This document shows positions 1-8,603 of a DNA stretch of 64,000 nt, in pieces. The DNA lies in contig CAZWXI010000003.1 in the NCBI GenBank assembly GCA_964637845.1, positions 27,859-91,858 of the forward strand. The letters are read 5' to 3'. Positions within the stretch are counted from its first letter, which is position 1. Each line of letters opens with the position of its first letter. Source of the DNA: an uncultured Hyphomicrobiales bacterium (GTDB taxonomy: Bacteria > Bacteroidota > Ignavibacteria > Kapaibacteriales > UBA2268). The notes under the pieces are model-generated. The model had not been told where the DNA came from. It saw only the letters and a list, made by a program, of their open reading frames with translations, and searched no databases. A program made the position numbers and the translations under genes.

Positions 1-493
1 CTTGCCGGGCAACATAATGTCTTTTTGGGGTTAAAATGCTTAAAACATCGGCATATCTTTGCCAAATTATATGTTCAATGTTGTGTAACCTTAAAAATGC
101 TGGAATTCCAAGAATCATTTTGAAATACAATGCTAAAGGCGCTGTACATGAATGTTCAGCTTGAATAAAATCGTAGTTTTTATTCTTAATGATATTTGAT
201 ATAGTAGTCTTTAAAAAATCGTTATAATACTTTCTCAAATAGATTGGATAACCGTCAAAAACAGACTTAAATATTCGCATCGGAGAATTTTGGGTCGAAT
301 AGTTAATAACATGAACTTTGGCGTAGTTTGATAAATGTTCAATGTGCTTCGTGTCAATTTTATTTTTCGAAAAAGTTATAAAATCAATTTCACATCCAAG
401 TTTATGATATTGCTTTACTATATTATAAATGCCTATTTTCCCACCATCATCAGCTGGATATACAAATTGGGGGGACAGGTACAAAATTTTCAT
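1..493 (-). CDS. glycosyltransferase, GT4/GT-B type; N-terminal part only, gene runs off the left edge
   Basis: Absent from the ORF track because it has no stop in the window. Hand translation from ATG 493..491 gives MKILYLSPQFVYPADDGGKIGIYNIVKQYHKLGCEIDFITFSKNKIDTKHIEH..., a typical Glyco_trans_4 N-terminus. I translated only the first ~53 codons and the last ~20 codons (down to position 2) and saw no stop; the middle was not checked. The start overlaps the stop of the upstream GT2 gene (ATGA at 490-493). Confidence 0.6.
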   Translation of the reverse strand, partial: MKILYLSPQFVYPADDGGKIGIYNIVKQYHKLGCEIDFITFSKNKIDTKHIEHLSNYAKVHVINYSTQNSPMRIFKSVFDGYPIYLRKYYNDFLKTTISNIIKNKNYDFIQAEHSCTAPLALYFKMILGIPAFLRLHNIEHIIWQRYADVLSILTPKRHYVARQ

Positions 494-1434
494 TTTTGCG
501 TGAAAAATTTTTTTAATTTAAGTTTAGCAAAGCTTGTTAAATAAATCCATATCTTTTTTAACTCGCCAACGTTCATGGTCACTTCGGCAATTTTGTTTTT
601 GGGGATTGGCATGTATTCATCACGACGAGTGGCAATTGCTACTGGTATTACACTCATGTAACCTTCGATGAAAGCTCCAATGGTAATTTTCATTCTCAGA
701 GCTTCAAATAGTTGTAAAAAGCAAAAAACTTTTGTACGATATACGGCACTTAAAAACGGAAAATATTTCCAAATGTATCTAACGTATTGCTTCGTCATTT
801 TCACCCATCTTGTAGGTTTGAGCCTTCCACCTATTGATGCAAAATGCAATACACGAATGCTTGGAAAGTATCTTATTTTAAAACCGGCGATAATGGAGCG
901 AGTACAGAAATCCAATTCTTCATGCCCCCATTCCCAAAATCCGCCTATTCTATCATAGACCCTACGTCTGATTGCCGCTCCAACTCCTATGAAATAGTTT
1001 GCCTCATAACCGTTAGGAGGTACATTAGTTTTGTCATGTACAAACGGATACCAATTCCAAACACCATAATTGTCTTTTACGTTGATACATTCACAACTAA
1101 TTACATCTATATCTTCAAATTTCTGAAAAACTTCAACAACTTTTGAGAACTCCTCATCGGTTTCTGGACTTGAATCGTCGTCAGTTCGCCATATGATGTC
1201 GCCGTCTGATATTTCAATGCCAATGTTTATACCCCGGATGTCAAGATTATCCGGTAGTCGCAAATACTTGATGTGGGGAAAATTCGAAGTCATCATAGAT
1301 TGGGTATCGTCTTCGGAAGCATTATCTATTACGATGATTTCTTTATTTTCGTACGTCTGCGACAAAAAGCGATTAATCGTAAATTTTAAATCTTCGCTTC
1401 TGTTTCGGGTTACTATGATGACACTAATTTTCAT
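490..1434 (-). CDS. glycosyltransferase family 2
   Basis: N-terminus MKISVIIVTRNRSEDLKFTINRFLSQTYENKEIIVIDNASEDDT plus a later DDD motif (WRTDDDS) is the classic GT-A/GT2 signature. ATG start verified at 1434. Confidence 0.8.
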   Translation of the reverse strand: MKISVIIVTRNRSEDLKFTINRFLSQTYENKEIIVIDNASEDDTQSMMTSNFPHIKYLRLPDNLDIRGINIGIEISDGDIIWRTDDDSSPETDEEFSKVVEVFQKFEDIDVISCECINVKDNYGVWNWYPFVHDKTNVPPNGYEANYFIGVGAAIRRRVYDRIGGFWEWGHEELDFCTRSIIAGFKIRYFPSIRVLHFASIGGRLKPTRWVKMTKQYVRYIWKYFPFLSAVYRTKVFCFLQLFEALRMKITIGAFIEGYMSVIPVAIATRRDEYMPIPKNKIAEVTMNVGELKKIWIYLTSFAKLKLKKFFTQK

Positions 1435-1510
1435 ATTACGTATATTACTTATTTTGACAATTCAAAAATAAGGAAATGTTTTTAACAAAGCCACTGTTTG
1501 GATGAGAATG

Positions 1511-2167
1511 CTATTGATGAGCCGATGGACACAATTTCGCGATTTTACATTCAGTACATCTTGGCCTTCGAGCTATACAAGTGTTTCTACCGTGATTTAT
1601 GAAATAATGGGTAAATGTGGCCCATATATCGCGTGGAATAAGTTTCATTAAAGCATGCTCTATTTTAACGGCATCAGTCGTTGCGACAAAGCCAAGTTTG
1701 TTACTGATTCTTATGACATGTGTATCTACTACGATGGCTGGTGTATCAAAGCAATGCCCGAGAATTACATTTGCGGTTTTTCTCCCTACTCCCGGCAATT
1801 TTACCAAATCATCGAGATGATTGGGTACTTCTCCGTCAAATTCATCAATAATCATTTTGCAAGCCAATCGAATATTTCTAGCTTTCGTCTTATAAAAACC
1901 CGTCGAAAAGATATCTCGTTCGAGTTCTTCGGGATCAACAATCAAGTAGTCTTGAGGTATTTTATACTTCTCAAAAAGCGTTTTAGTGACAATATTAACC
2001 CTATTGTCAGTGCATTGAGCAGAAAGAATTGTAGCAATTAGTAGTTCAAATGGGTTAGTATGTTCCAATTGAATTTTCACATTAGGATATACGCTTGCGA
2101 GAACGTCAATCACTTGAGCCATTCTCTGCTTTTGGTATTTGATGTTCTTGGAAAACTTTTTTGTCAT
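1511..2167 (-). CDS. nth: endonuclease III (DNA-(apurinic or apyrimidinic site) lyase)
   Basis: HhH-GPD signature (LIATILSAQCTDNRVN, LPGVGRKTANVILG) and a C-terminal 4Fe-4S Cys cluster (CIARRPRCTECKIAKLC). The ATG at 2167 overlaps the upstream stop (ATGA). Confidence 0.93.
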   Translation of the reverse strand: MTKKFSKNIKYQKQRMAQVIDVLASVYPNVKIQLEHTNPFELLIATILSAQCTDNRVNIVTKTLFEKYKIPQDYLIVDPEELERDIFSTGFYKTKARNIRLACKMIIDEFDGEVPNHLDDLVKLPGVGRKTANVILGHCFDTPAIVVDTHVIRISNKLGFVATTDAVKIEHALMKLIPRDIWATFTHYFINHGRNTCIARRPRCTECKIAKLCPSAHQ

Positions 2168-2820
2168 TGTTGGTTTTTGATTGAATTACATATTGAATCA
2201 GCAGAGTTTCTATAATAAACGTAGGTGGGTAATTTTGTCTTTGCAATAGTGATGCCGGAACCGACAGCCTTATTGAAAAACAGTGTATCCTCACCATATT
2301 CTACTGCTTCAAAACCGTTTAATTTCGATTCAGGAGAATTTCTGATGAAAAAAGTACCCCCTATGATGCATTCAGTTAAATGAATTCTATTTTCTCTATC
2401 ATGCATGTCGGGAACATATTCGTTACCAATAATTCTAACTCCTCCATGCAGAAGCTCGATGTACGAATTTTGATTAAGAATATCCGCTCTCAGTTCCAAA
2501 TGTTGAGGTTCGTATTCATCATCAGAATCGAGAAATGTTATGTATATTCCAGAAGCGGCAAGTAAACCGGCATTTTTCGAAAGTGCCTGTTTACGATTAG
2601 AATGAAAAAGGTACCTGAACCTATAATCTGAAGTAATATAGTTTTTAATTACATCAAAAGTGCTATCGCTACTGCCATCGTCAACTATTAAGCATTCCCA
2701 GTCTAAAAATGTCTGATTCAACAAAGAAGTGATTGCTCTTTGTAACAGATTAGCTCTATTATACGTCGTAAGGATGACTGAGTAAAAAGGAATCCGATTT
2801 TGATTAACCGATATTAACAT
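2164..2820 (-). CDS. glycosyltransferase family 2
   Basis: FYSVILTTYNRANLLQRAITSLLNQTFLDWECLIVDDGSSDST and a later DSDD motif are GT2 hallmarks. ATG verified at 2820..2818. Confidence 0.8.
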   Translation of the reverse strand: MLISVNQNRIPFYSVILTTYNRANLLQRAITSLLNQTFLDWECLIVDDGSSDSTFDVIKNYITSDYRFRYLFHSNRKQALSKNAGLLAASGIYITFLDSDDEYEPQHLELRADILNQNSYIELLHGGVRIIGNEYVPDMHDRENRIHLTECIIGGTFFIRNSPESKLNGFEAVEYGEDTLFFNKAVGSGITIAKTKLPTYVYYRNSADSICNSIKNQQ

Positions 2821-3523
2821 GGATATTACACAATTTTGGACAATTTGTTCTGCTAATTCAATAGTTCTATCGGTAGAACAACTAAAGAATTTTGAACGTT
2901 ATCACAATGAACTCCTTTATTGGAATTCAAAAGTAAATTTAATTTCACGGAAAGATGAAGCTAATATTTTTGAAAAACATTTTCTACATAGCCTATCGAT
3001 TCTAAAATATATCAAAATACCGGCTAAAGCCGGATGTCTCGATATAGGAACCGGTGGTGGGTTCCCTGGATTGCCCATTAAAATTGCTTGTCCAAATACT
3101 CATATGACATTGGTTGATTCAATCAAAAAGAAAACAACTGTAACAAATATGTTTGCCTCTCATACAGGTTTGAGAAATATCAAAGTTTTAACGAAGAGAG
3201 CCGAGGAGTTAAGAAATTCTAAAGATTTTATCTTCAAATTCGATTTCATTTTTGCTAGAGCTGTTGCAAAATTATCTAATCTTGTTTCTTGGACATACGA
3301 TTGCCTAAGAAACGATGGTCTTTTCGCTTTTTTGAAAGGCGGCAATTTGGATACTGAAATTCAAGAACTACTGATTGAATTTCCAAAATTATCTGTGAAA
3401 ATTGAGCCACTCGATATATTTGGATGCGATTCATTTCTTAAAGATGATAAGAAAATCGTTTTTATAGGTAAGAAGCCGCTTGAAATTAATGATAAACTCT
3501 TACGTCATCACATAAAACATTAG
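2819..3523 (+). CDS. rsmG: 16S rRNA (guanine527-N7)-methyltransferase RsmG/GidB
   Basis: WNSKVNLISRKDEANIFEKHFLHSL plus the SAM-binding motif CLDIGTGGGFPGLPIKI, with a length typical of RsmG. Confidence 0.88.
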   Translation: MDITQFWTICSANSIVLSVEQLKNFERYHNELLYWNSKVNLISRKDEANIFEKHFLHSLSILKYIKIPAKAGCLDIGTGGGFPGLPIKIACPNTHMTLVDSIKKKTTVTNMFASHTGLRNIKVLTKRAEELRNSKDFIFKFDFIFARAVAKLSNLVSWTYDCLRNDGLFAFLKGGNLDTEIQELLIEFPKLSVKIEPLDIFGCDSFLKDDKKIVFIGKKPLEINDKLLRHHIKH

Positions 3524-3527
3524 TTCG

Positions 3528-4202
3528 ATGCATCCTATGATTAAGATATATATAACAGCACTGATACTTGTGATTTTTTGCGGAGAAGCATTTGCTCAAC
3601 AAATTTCCTCAGCGTTTAGAATAGCTCGGGTTAAGTATTCAGGGGGCGGAGATTGGTACAATGACCCCTCAGCCGAAGTTGAGTTATTGAAATTCGTACA
3701 AAGAAATACAAATTTGCACGTCGAACCTATATATGAATTTGTAGATTTGTCCTCGGATAAAATATTCGAGTATCCATTCATGTTTCTAACCGGGCATGGA
3801 AATGTTAATTTGACTGAAAGTGAAGTGCGCAGATTAAGAGCTTACCTTCAAAATGGAGGGTTCCTCTACATTGATGATGATTATGGTCTTGATACCTTTA
3901 TACGCAAGGAAATGAAAAAAGTATTCCCGGAGCAGGAATTTGTTGAGGTGCCTTTTTCTCATGGTTTATTTTCCTCGCATTTTAAATTTCCAAACGGTGT
4001 ACCGAAAATACACGAACATGACGACAAAAAACCTCAGACATTCGGACTTTTCCATAGAGGACGTTTGTGCGTTTTATATACTTATGAAACAAATCCGAGC
4101 GATGGTTGGCCCCCGCCAACTGTACACAATACGCCACCCGAAAAACGTGAACACGCATTGAAATTCGGAACTAATATTATAGTTTGGGCATTATCAAATT
4201 AA
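3528..4202 (+). CDS. DUF4159 domain-containing exported protein
   Basis: Signal peptide (ALILVIFCGEAFAQQ). FRIARVKYSGGGDWYNDPSAE, FMFLTGHGNVNLTESEV, GGFLYIDDDYG and PKIHEHDDKKPQ match my recollection of DUF4159 proteins of Bacteroidota. It starts 4 nt after rsmG. Confidence 0.8.
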   Translation: MHPMIKIYITALILVIFCGEAFAQQISSAFRIARVKYSGGGDWYNDPSAEVELLKFVQRNTNLHVEPIYEFVDLSSDKIFEYPFMFLTGHGNVNLTESEVRRLRAYLQNGGFLYIDDDYGLDTFIRKEMKKVFPEQEFVEVPFSHGLFSSHFKFPNGVPKIHEHDDKKPQTFGLFHRGRLCVLYTYETNPSDGWPPPTVHNTPPEKREHALKFGTNIIVWALSN

Positions 4203-4210
4203 GGAAGCCA

Positions 4211-7200
4211 ATGAGAATCGATAATTTAAATTTTTCAGAATTAGTAAACAAAGTTAAATCAGTAAGACGACTCGAAACTGGGGTTCTGTTGTTGACATCA
4301 CTACTAAACACTTTGGCTTATGGATTTACGATGCTTTTCATATCAGTGTTAATTGAAGCTATTGCACACGGAAGCAGTACATTTCGGACATTCTTAATGG
4401 CTGTAACGGTAGGTTCGTCAGTTGTAATTACTTTTTGGCTGATAAGTCCGCATATACTACGTGCTTTGGGAATAAAATACGAACCCTCAGAATATGATAT
4501 AGCACTTAGGATAGGCCAATATTATCCTAAAATCAAAGATAACCTCTGTAATGCGATGCAACTTGTGCCTTTTATTGATAATCCGCGAGGCTCATCACCA
4601 GAGCTTGCTTTCGCCGCTTACAAAAGTGTTTATGAGAATGTCCGGGATTTGAATTTTAATGTAATTATTGACCGTGAAAAGTTTAAAAGAGCCGGGATAA
4701 TCTTCTTCTCTATTGCCTCCATTACAATTTCAAGCATAGCAATATTCAACTCTACCCTTGGCGAGTCATTATTAAGACTCTCTAAGTATTCGACATCTTT
4801 TTTACCGCCCATTCCTTTTACGATTGATATCGAACCCAAAGATGAAACTATCTTAAGGGGCGAGAATGTAACAATTAAAGTTATTGTAACCGGAGATATA
4901 CCCGATAAGATTTATTTGAATTTTAAAGAAGAACTACAATCAAATTTTGATGAAATCGAACTAAAGCCAAATGAAAACGGTGAATATGCCTATAATTTGA
5001 GTTCATTGAAAAGTACTATTAGCTTTTTTGGTTCAACATCATGGTTCAACGAGGATATTTTGACGCCAGTCGGGACAATCAAAGTAGTTGATAAACCCGT
5101 TATAAGGTCAATTTCTGGAAGATTGATATACCCTTCATACACAAACAACCAACCACGCTATTTTGATGAAAAAAATGGCGATATATCTGCTCTAAAAGGC
5201 AGTAGAGTAGAGTTAACCGCGTACAGCAGTAAAGAGGTTGTGTCTGGCAATATCGTTTTCATATCAGTCTCAAATGAGAATCATGCCGATAACACTTCAA
5301 TCCTTGATACTGTAAGATTTAGTCTGAATACATCCGGCACAGAATTGACTGGTGGATTCAAAGTAAGCAGGTCAGGCTATTATTACATAGAAGTAGTTGA
5401 CAACGATGGTAATTATAACGAAGAGCCTATCAATTATTCCGTAATTTCATCAATAGATGAGTATCCCAGAATTAATCTACTTGAACCTGAATTTGACGTG
5501 CAAATCAATGCCAATGCACTATTGCCCGTTAAAGCAGTCATAAGTGATGATTACGGTATATCCAGACTTAAATTATATTATCGCATGGCTTATTCGCCCT
5601 ATGCGGTGCCTGATGAGAAATTTACATCTACTGAAATCAATTTTGTAAAAGACCAACTCGATTTTGAAATAAATTATCTGTGGGATTTAAACAAATTGGG
5701 TATAATGCCCGAAGACATATTTGAATTTTATCTTGAAGCAGCCGATAACGATATAATAAGCGGTCCAAAAACTTCACGAACTCAAACGCTCAAAGTAAGA
5801 CTACCTTCACTGTTTGAAGTACAAAAGGAAACCGAATTGACACAGGAGTATATTGAAAAAAATCTTGATAAACTGTTGAAAGAGACACTTGAAGTTAAGC
5901 GAGATTTAGAGGAGTTAAACAGGGACATTCTCAAAGACAAGAATCAAGAACCCTCTTGGCAACAAAAGAAAAAAGCCGAAGATTTGGCAAAACGCCAAGA
6001 AGCATTGCGTCGTGAAATGAATAAATTGAGCAATGATTTGCAAGATGCAACGCAAAAAATGGAAGACAATAATCTTATTTCACAAGAAACGTTAGAAAAA
6101 TTTAGAGAACTTCAGAATTTAATGAAGCAAGTTGATTCTCCCGAACTTAGAAGAATGCAACAAAGAATGCAGGAAGCCATTCAAAACATGGACCAAGAAA
6201 CTTTGAAAAAAGCTCTTGAGCAATTTCAATTTAATGAGGAGCAATTCCGCAAGAGTATTGAACGTACGATGAAAATTCTCAAAAGGATCCAAGCTGAACA
6301 AAAAACCGATGCACTTAGGCAAAAAGCAGAAGATTTAGCCCGCAGACAAGAGGAATTACTCAATGATACAAAGAATTCAAATCCTCAAGATAACAAAGCT
6401 CAGAATGAATTATCAAAAAGGCAGGAGAAATTGGTTAATGAATTCGAGCAGTTAGAAAAAGAGCTAGATGCACTCAACGACTTATTGTCTGAAATTGGTG
6501 AAGAACAATTGCGGAATAACGAATTACAATCTGCAAGGAATGACCTTAATCCTCAAGAGACAAAATCTGAAATGTCTCAGTCAGAAAAGTCTCTTAAATC
6601 AGGAGATTTTAACAAATCTCAACCGTCGCAGAAAAAAGCCGCTGAGAATCTGAGAAAGTTCTCTCAAAAAATGGCTCAAATGAAGGAAAACATGAAACGG
6701 CAAGGGATGGAACAAGCAATACGGCAAATGCAAAAATCCCTCGATGATGTACTTGAGCTTTCCAAAAATCAAGAAAATATAAGAAATAAAACTTCGAGAA
6801 GCGATTTTAATTCAACACAATTACCCCGACAAGCGCAACAGCAAGCTGAATTATTCGAATCACTTGCCAATGTGACTAAAGCAATGTCAGAATTATCCGA
6901 GAAAAGCTTTGCAGTAACGCAAGAAATGGGCAATGAAATTATCAATGCACTCAACGAAATGAGAAATGCTGTTGAAAGCATGGCTGACAGAAATGTTCGA
7001 CAAGCTAATCAATCGCAAAGTGGTGCCATGAGTTCACTAAACAGAGCCGCATCGCAGATGCAGGAAATGCTACAAGCAATGAAAGACCAACAAAGCGGTT
7101 CGTGTAATAATCCGGGTGGTGAAGGTGAAGGCGAAGGTCAAGGTATGGGTTCAGGTGGAATGGGAATGTCTCAAAAGATGCAAGAGATCGCCGCTCAGCA

Positions 7201-7723
7201 GCAAGCGATTAATCAAGCGTTACAAGAAATGATGCAAGGCGGTTCCGGGCAAGGTGGTCGTGAGCAAATGCAAAGACAAGCCGAAATGGGACGTTTGGCA
7301 GATAAGCAAGGGCAAGCTCAAAAATCCTTGGAAGAATTAGCCGAAGAACAGAAGCAATTTGCCCCTAATAAGGAAAAGCTCGGCGAATTAAATCGCATTG
7401 CGAAAGAAATGCAGGAAATCATGTCAGACATCAGCAATAATAATGTAACTCCCGAAACGCTAAAAAAGCAAGAAAGAATACTTTCGAGACTTCTTGATGC
7501 CTCAAAATCAATTCATGACAGAGACTACGAAAAAGAACGAAAAGGCGATCGAGGCAGAGACATTTTCGGGAATAATCCGAATGAAATAGATTTGTCAACG
7601 CAAGAGGGCAGAAATGAGTTGATGAAACAATTGCTCGAAAGAAGTAGTAGGTCTTTTTCAAAAGATTACGAAAATCTCATTAGAGCGTATTTCAATAGCT
7701 TAGAAAATACCACTATTCAATAA
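4211..7723 (+). CDS. large membrane-anchored protein: N-terminal TM helices, beta-rich middle, ~600-aa Q/E/K-rich coiled coil (possibly DUF4175-like)
   Basis: Long clean ORF. The track start at 4184 is a TTG overlapping DUF4159. The ATG at 4211 is preceded by AAGGAAG. There are three hydrophobic helices in the first ~190 aa, then beta-rich sequence, then heptad-like E/K/Q/L sequence with a GGEGEGEGQGMGSGGMGM low-complexity patch. The family assignment is from memory and is weak. Confidence 0.7.
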   Translation: MRIDNLNFSELVNKVKSVRRLETGVLLLTSLLNTLAYGFTMLFISVLIEAIAHGSSTFRTFLMAVTVGSSVVITFWLISPHILRALGIKYEPSEYDIALRIGQYYPKIKDNLCNAMQLVPFIDNPRGSSPELAFAAYKSVYENVRDLNFNVIIDREKFKRAGIIFFSIASITISSIAIFNSTLGESLLRLSKYSTSFLPPIPFTIDIEPKDETILRGENVTIKVIVTGDIPDKIYLNFKEELQSNFDEIELKPNENGEYAYNLSSLKSTISFFGSTSWFNEDILTPVGTIKVVDKPVIRSISGRLIYPSYTNNQPRYFDEKNGDISALKGSRVELTAYSSKEVVSGNIVFISVSNENHADNTSILDTVRFSLNTSGTELTGGFKVSRSGYYYIEVVDNDGNYNEEPINYSVISSIDEYPRINLLEPEFDVQINANALLPVKAVISDDYGISRLKLYYRMAYSPYAVPDEKFTSTEINFVKDQLDFEINYLWDLNKLGIMPEDIFEFYLEAADNDIISGPKTSRTQTLKVRLPSLFEVQKETELTQEYIEKNLDKLLKETLEVKRDLEELNRDILKDKNQEPSWQQKKKAEDLAKRQEALRREMNKLSNDLQDATQKMEDNNLISQETLEKFRELQNLMKQVDSPELRRMQQRMQEAIQNMDQETLKKALEQFQFNEEQFRKSIERTMKILKRIQAEQKTDALRQKAEDLARRQEELLNDTKNSNPQDNKAQNELSKRQEKLVNEFEQLEKELDALNDLLSEIGEEQLRNNELQSARNDLNPQETKSEMSQSEKSLKSGDFNKSQPSQKKAAENLRKFSQKMAQMKENMKRQGMEQAIRQMQKSLDDVLELSKNQENIRNKTSRSDFNSTQLPRQAQQQAELFESLANVTKAMSELSEKSFAVTQEMGNEIINALNEMRNAVESMADRNVRQANQSQSGAMSSLNRAASQMQEMLQAMKDQQSGSCNNPGGEGEGEGQGMGSGGMGMSQKMQEIAAQQQAINQALQEMMQGGSGQGGREQMQRQAEMGRLADKQGQAQKSLEELAEEQKQFAPNKEKLGELNRIAKEMQEIMSDISNNNVTPETLKKQERILSRLLDASKSIHDRDYEKERKGDRGRDIFGNNPNEIDLSTQEGRNELMKQLLERSSRSFSKDYENLIRAYFNSLENTTIQ

Positions 7724-7746
7724 ATAATATAGATATTGATTTTATT

Positions 7747-8493
7747 TCAGCCGTTTTTAATTATTGCATCGATTATTTCAAGAATATCAGCCCAATCAGT
7801 TACAATTTCATCTGCAATGGTGCCATTATAGCCGTCACGATGAATTGTTGTAGGATCCCCCGCAAATTTTATGGCATACATCCCAAGCTGCTTTGCCCCC
7901 TTTATATCGGTTTTTTCGATGTCTCCGATATGAAGAGATTGCTCGGGGGTTGCTTCAAGTTCGCTTAGAACTTTCATGAATGCATTTGGATGCGGCTTGG
8001 ATACACCCGTTTCGTCGCTAAAACTAAATGATGTAAAGCAATCTAACAAATCATGTTGGTCAAGTAGCTTTTGTAATGTTACACCGGGTGTGAAGCCTGT
8101 GTCAGAGACAATACCAAGTTTGTAACTACGAGCTAATTCTCTGATTACTGGACCTGCATTACAAATTAGTTTAGGCGGATAATTAATAACTGAATCTGAA
8201 AACACCTGAGTAACTCTATCAATAGATGATTCTGTATAAGGCAAGCTTAAATAATTCCAGAAGAATTCTATTGTATCTTTTGGCTTGGGAGTTCTTTGCT
8301 GATTAATCCAAATGTCATTGAAATATTCCCACGAAGCGGCAAGAGCATTCTCAAAATCTTTAGTAGTTACGCTAACTCCTTGATGAGCAATTTCATTGAC
8401 CAAAGTGTGGTATCTAAGGGCATTTCTTTCTTTGCCTCCTGAAGAATCAAATATTGTATTCCAAAAATCAATTGTTATTACTTTAAGTTTCAT
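7747..8493 (-). CDS. HAD-superfamily hydrolase
   Basis: Motif I region MKLKVITIDFWNTIF, motif II GIVSDTG, motif IV HIGD. The track start at 8523 is a GTG. The ATG at 8493 places motif I at the usual distance from the N-terminus. The start is uncertain. Confidence 0.75.
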   Translation of the reverse strand: MKLKVITIDFWNTIFDSSGGKERNALRYHTLVNEIAHQGVSVTTKDFENALAASWEYFNDIWINQQRTPKPKDTIEFFWNYLSLPYTESSIDRVTQVFSDSVINYPPKLICNAGPVIRELARSYKLGIVSDTGFTPGVTLQKLLDQHDLLDCFTSFSFSDETGVSKPHPNAFMKVLSELEATPEQSLHIGDIEKTDIKGAKQLGMYAIKFAGDPTTIHRDGYNGTIADEIVTDWADILEIIDAIIKNG

Positions 8494-8603
8494 TTTTCGT
8501 AGCATCATTAAATTTATAGCCACGAAGTTGAAAAGGTAAAATTTTATTTATATTTGAAATGTTGCTGTGTAACAATATTGTTTTGCCTGTGTTTTTTAAT
8601 TAT

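Noticed and set aside
335-1471. Plus-strand ORFs of 69-100 aa at 335-544, 668-958, 844-1146 and 1193-1471.
   Set aside because: All lie antisense within the GT4 and GT2 genes, which have classic N-terminal motifs. I treat them as shadow ORFs.
4184-4210. The longest-ORF start (TTG at 4184) for the giant coiled-coil protein, overlapping DUF4159 by 19 nt.
   Set aside because: The in-frame ATG at 4211 is preceded by AAGGAAG and removes the overlap. The extra residues (MGIIKLRKP) add nothing recognisable.
7108-7170. GGTGAAGGTGAAGGCGAAGGTCAAGGT... as a possible DNA-level tandem repeat or VNTR.
   Set aside because: There are only about four imperfect 6-nt units, in-frame within a long coiled-coil ORF. 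It is better described as protein low complexity than as a repeat locus.
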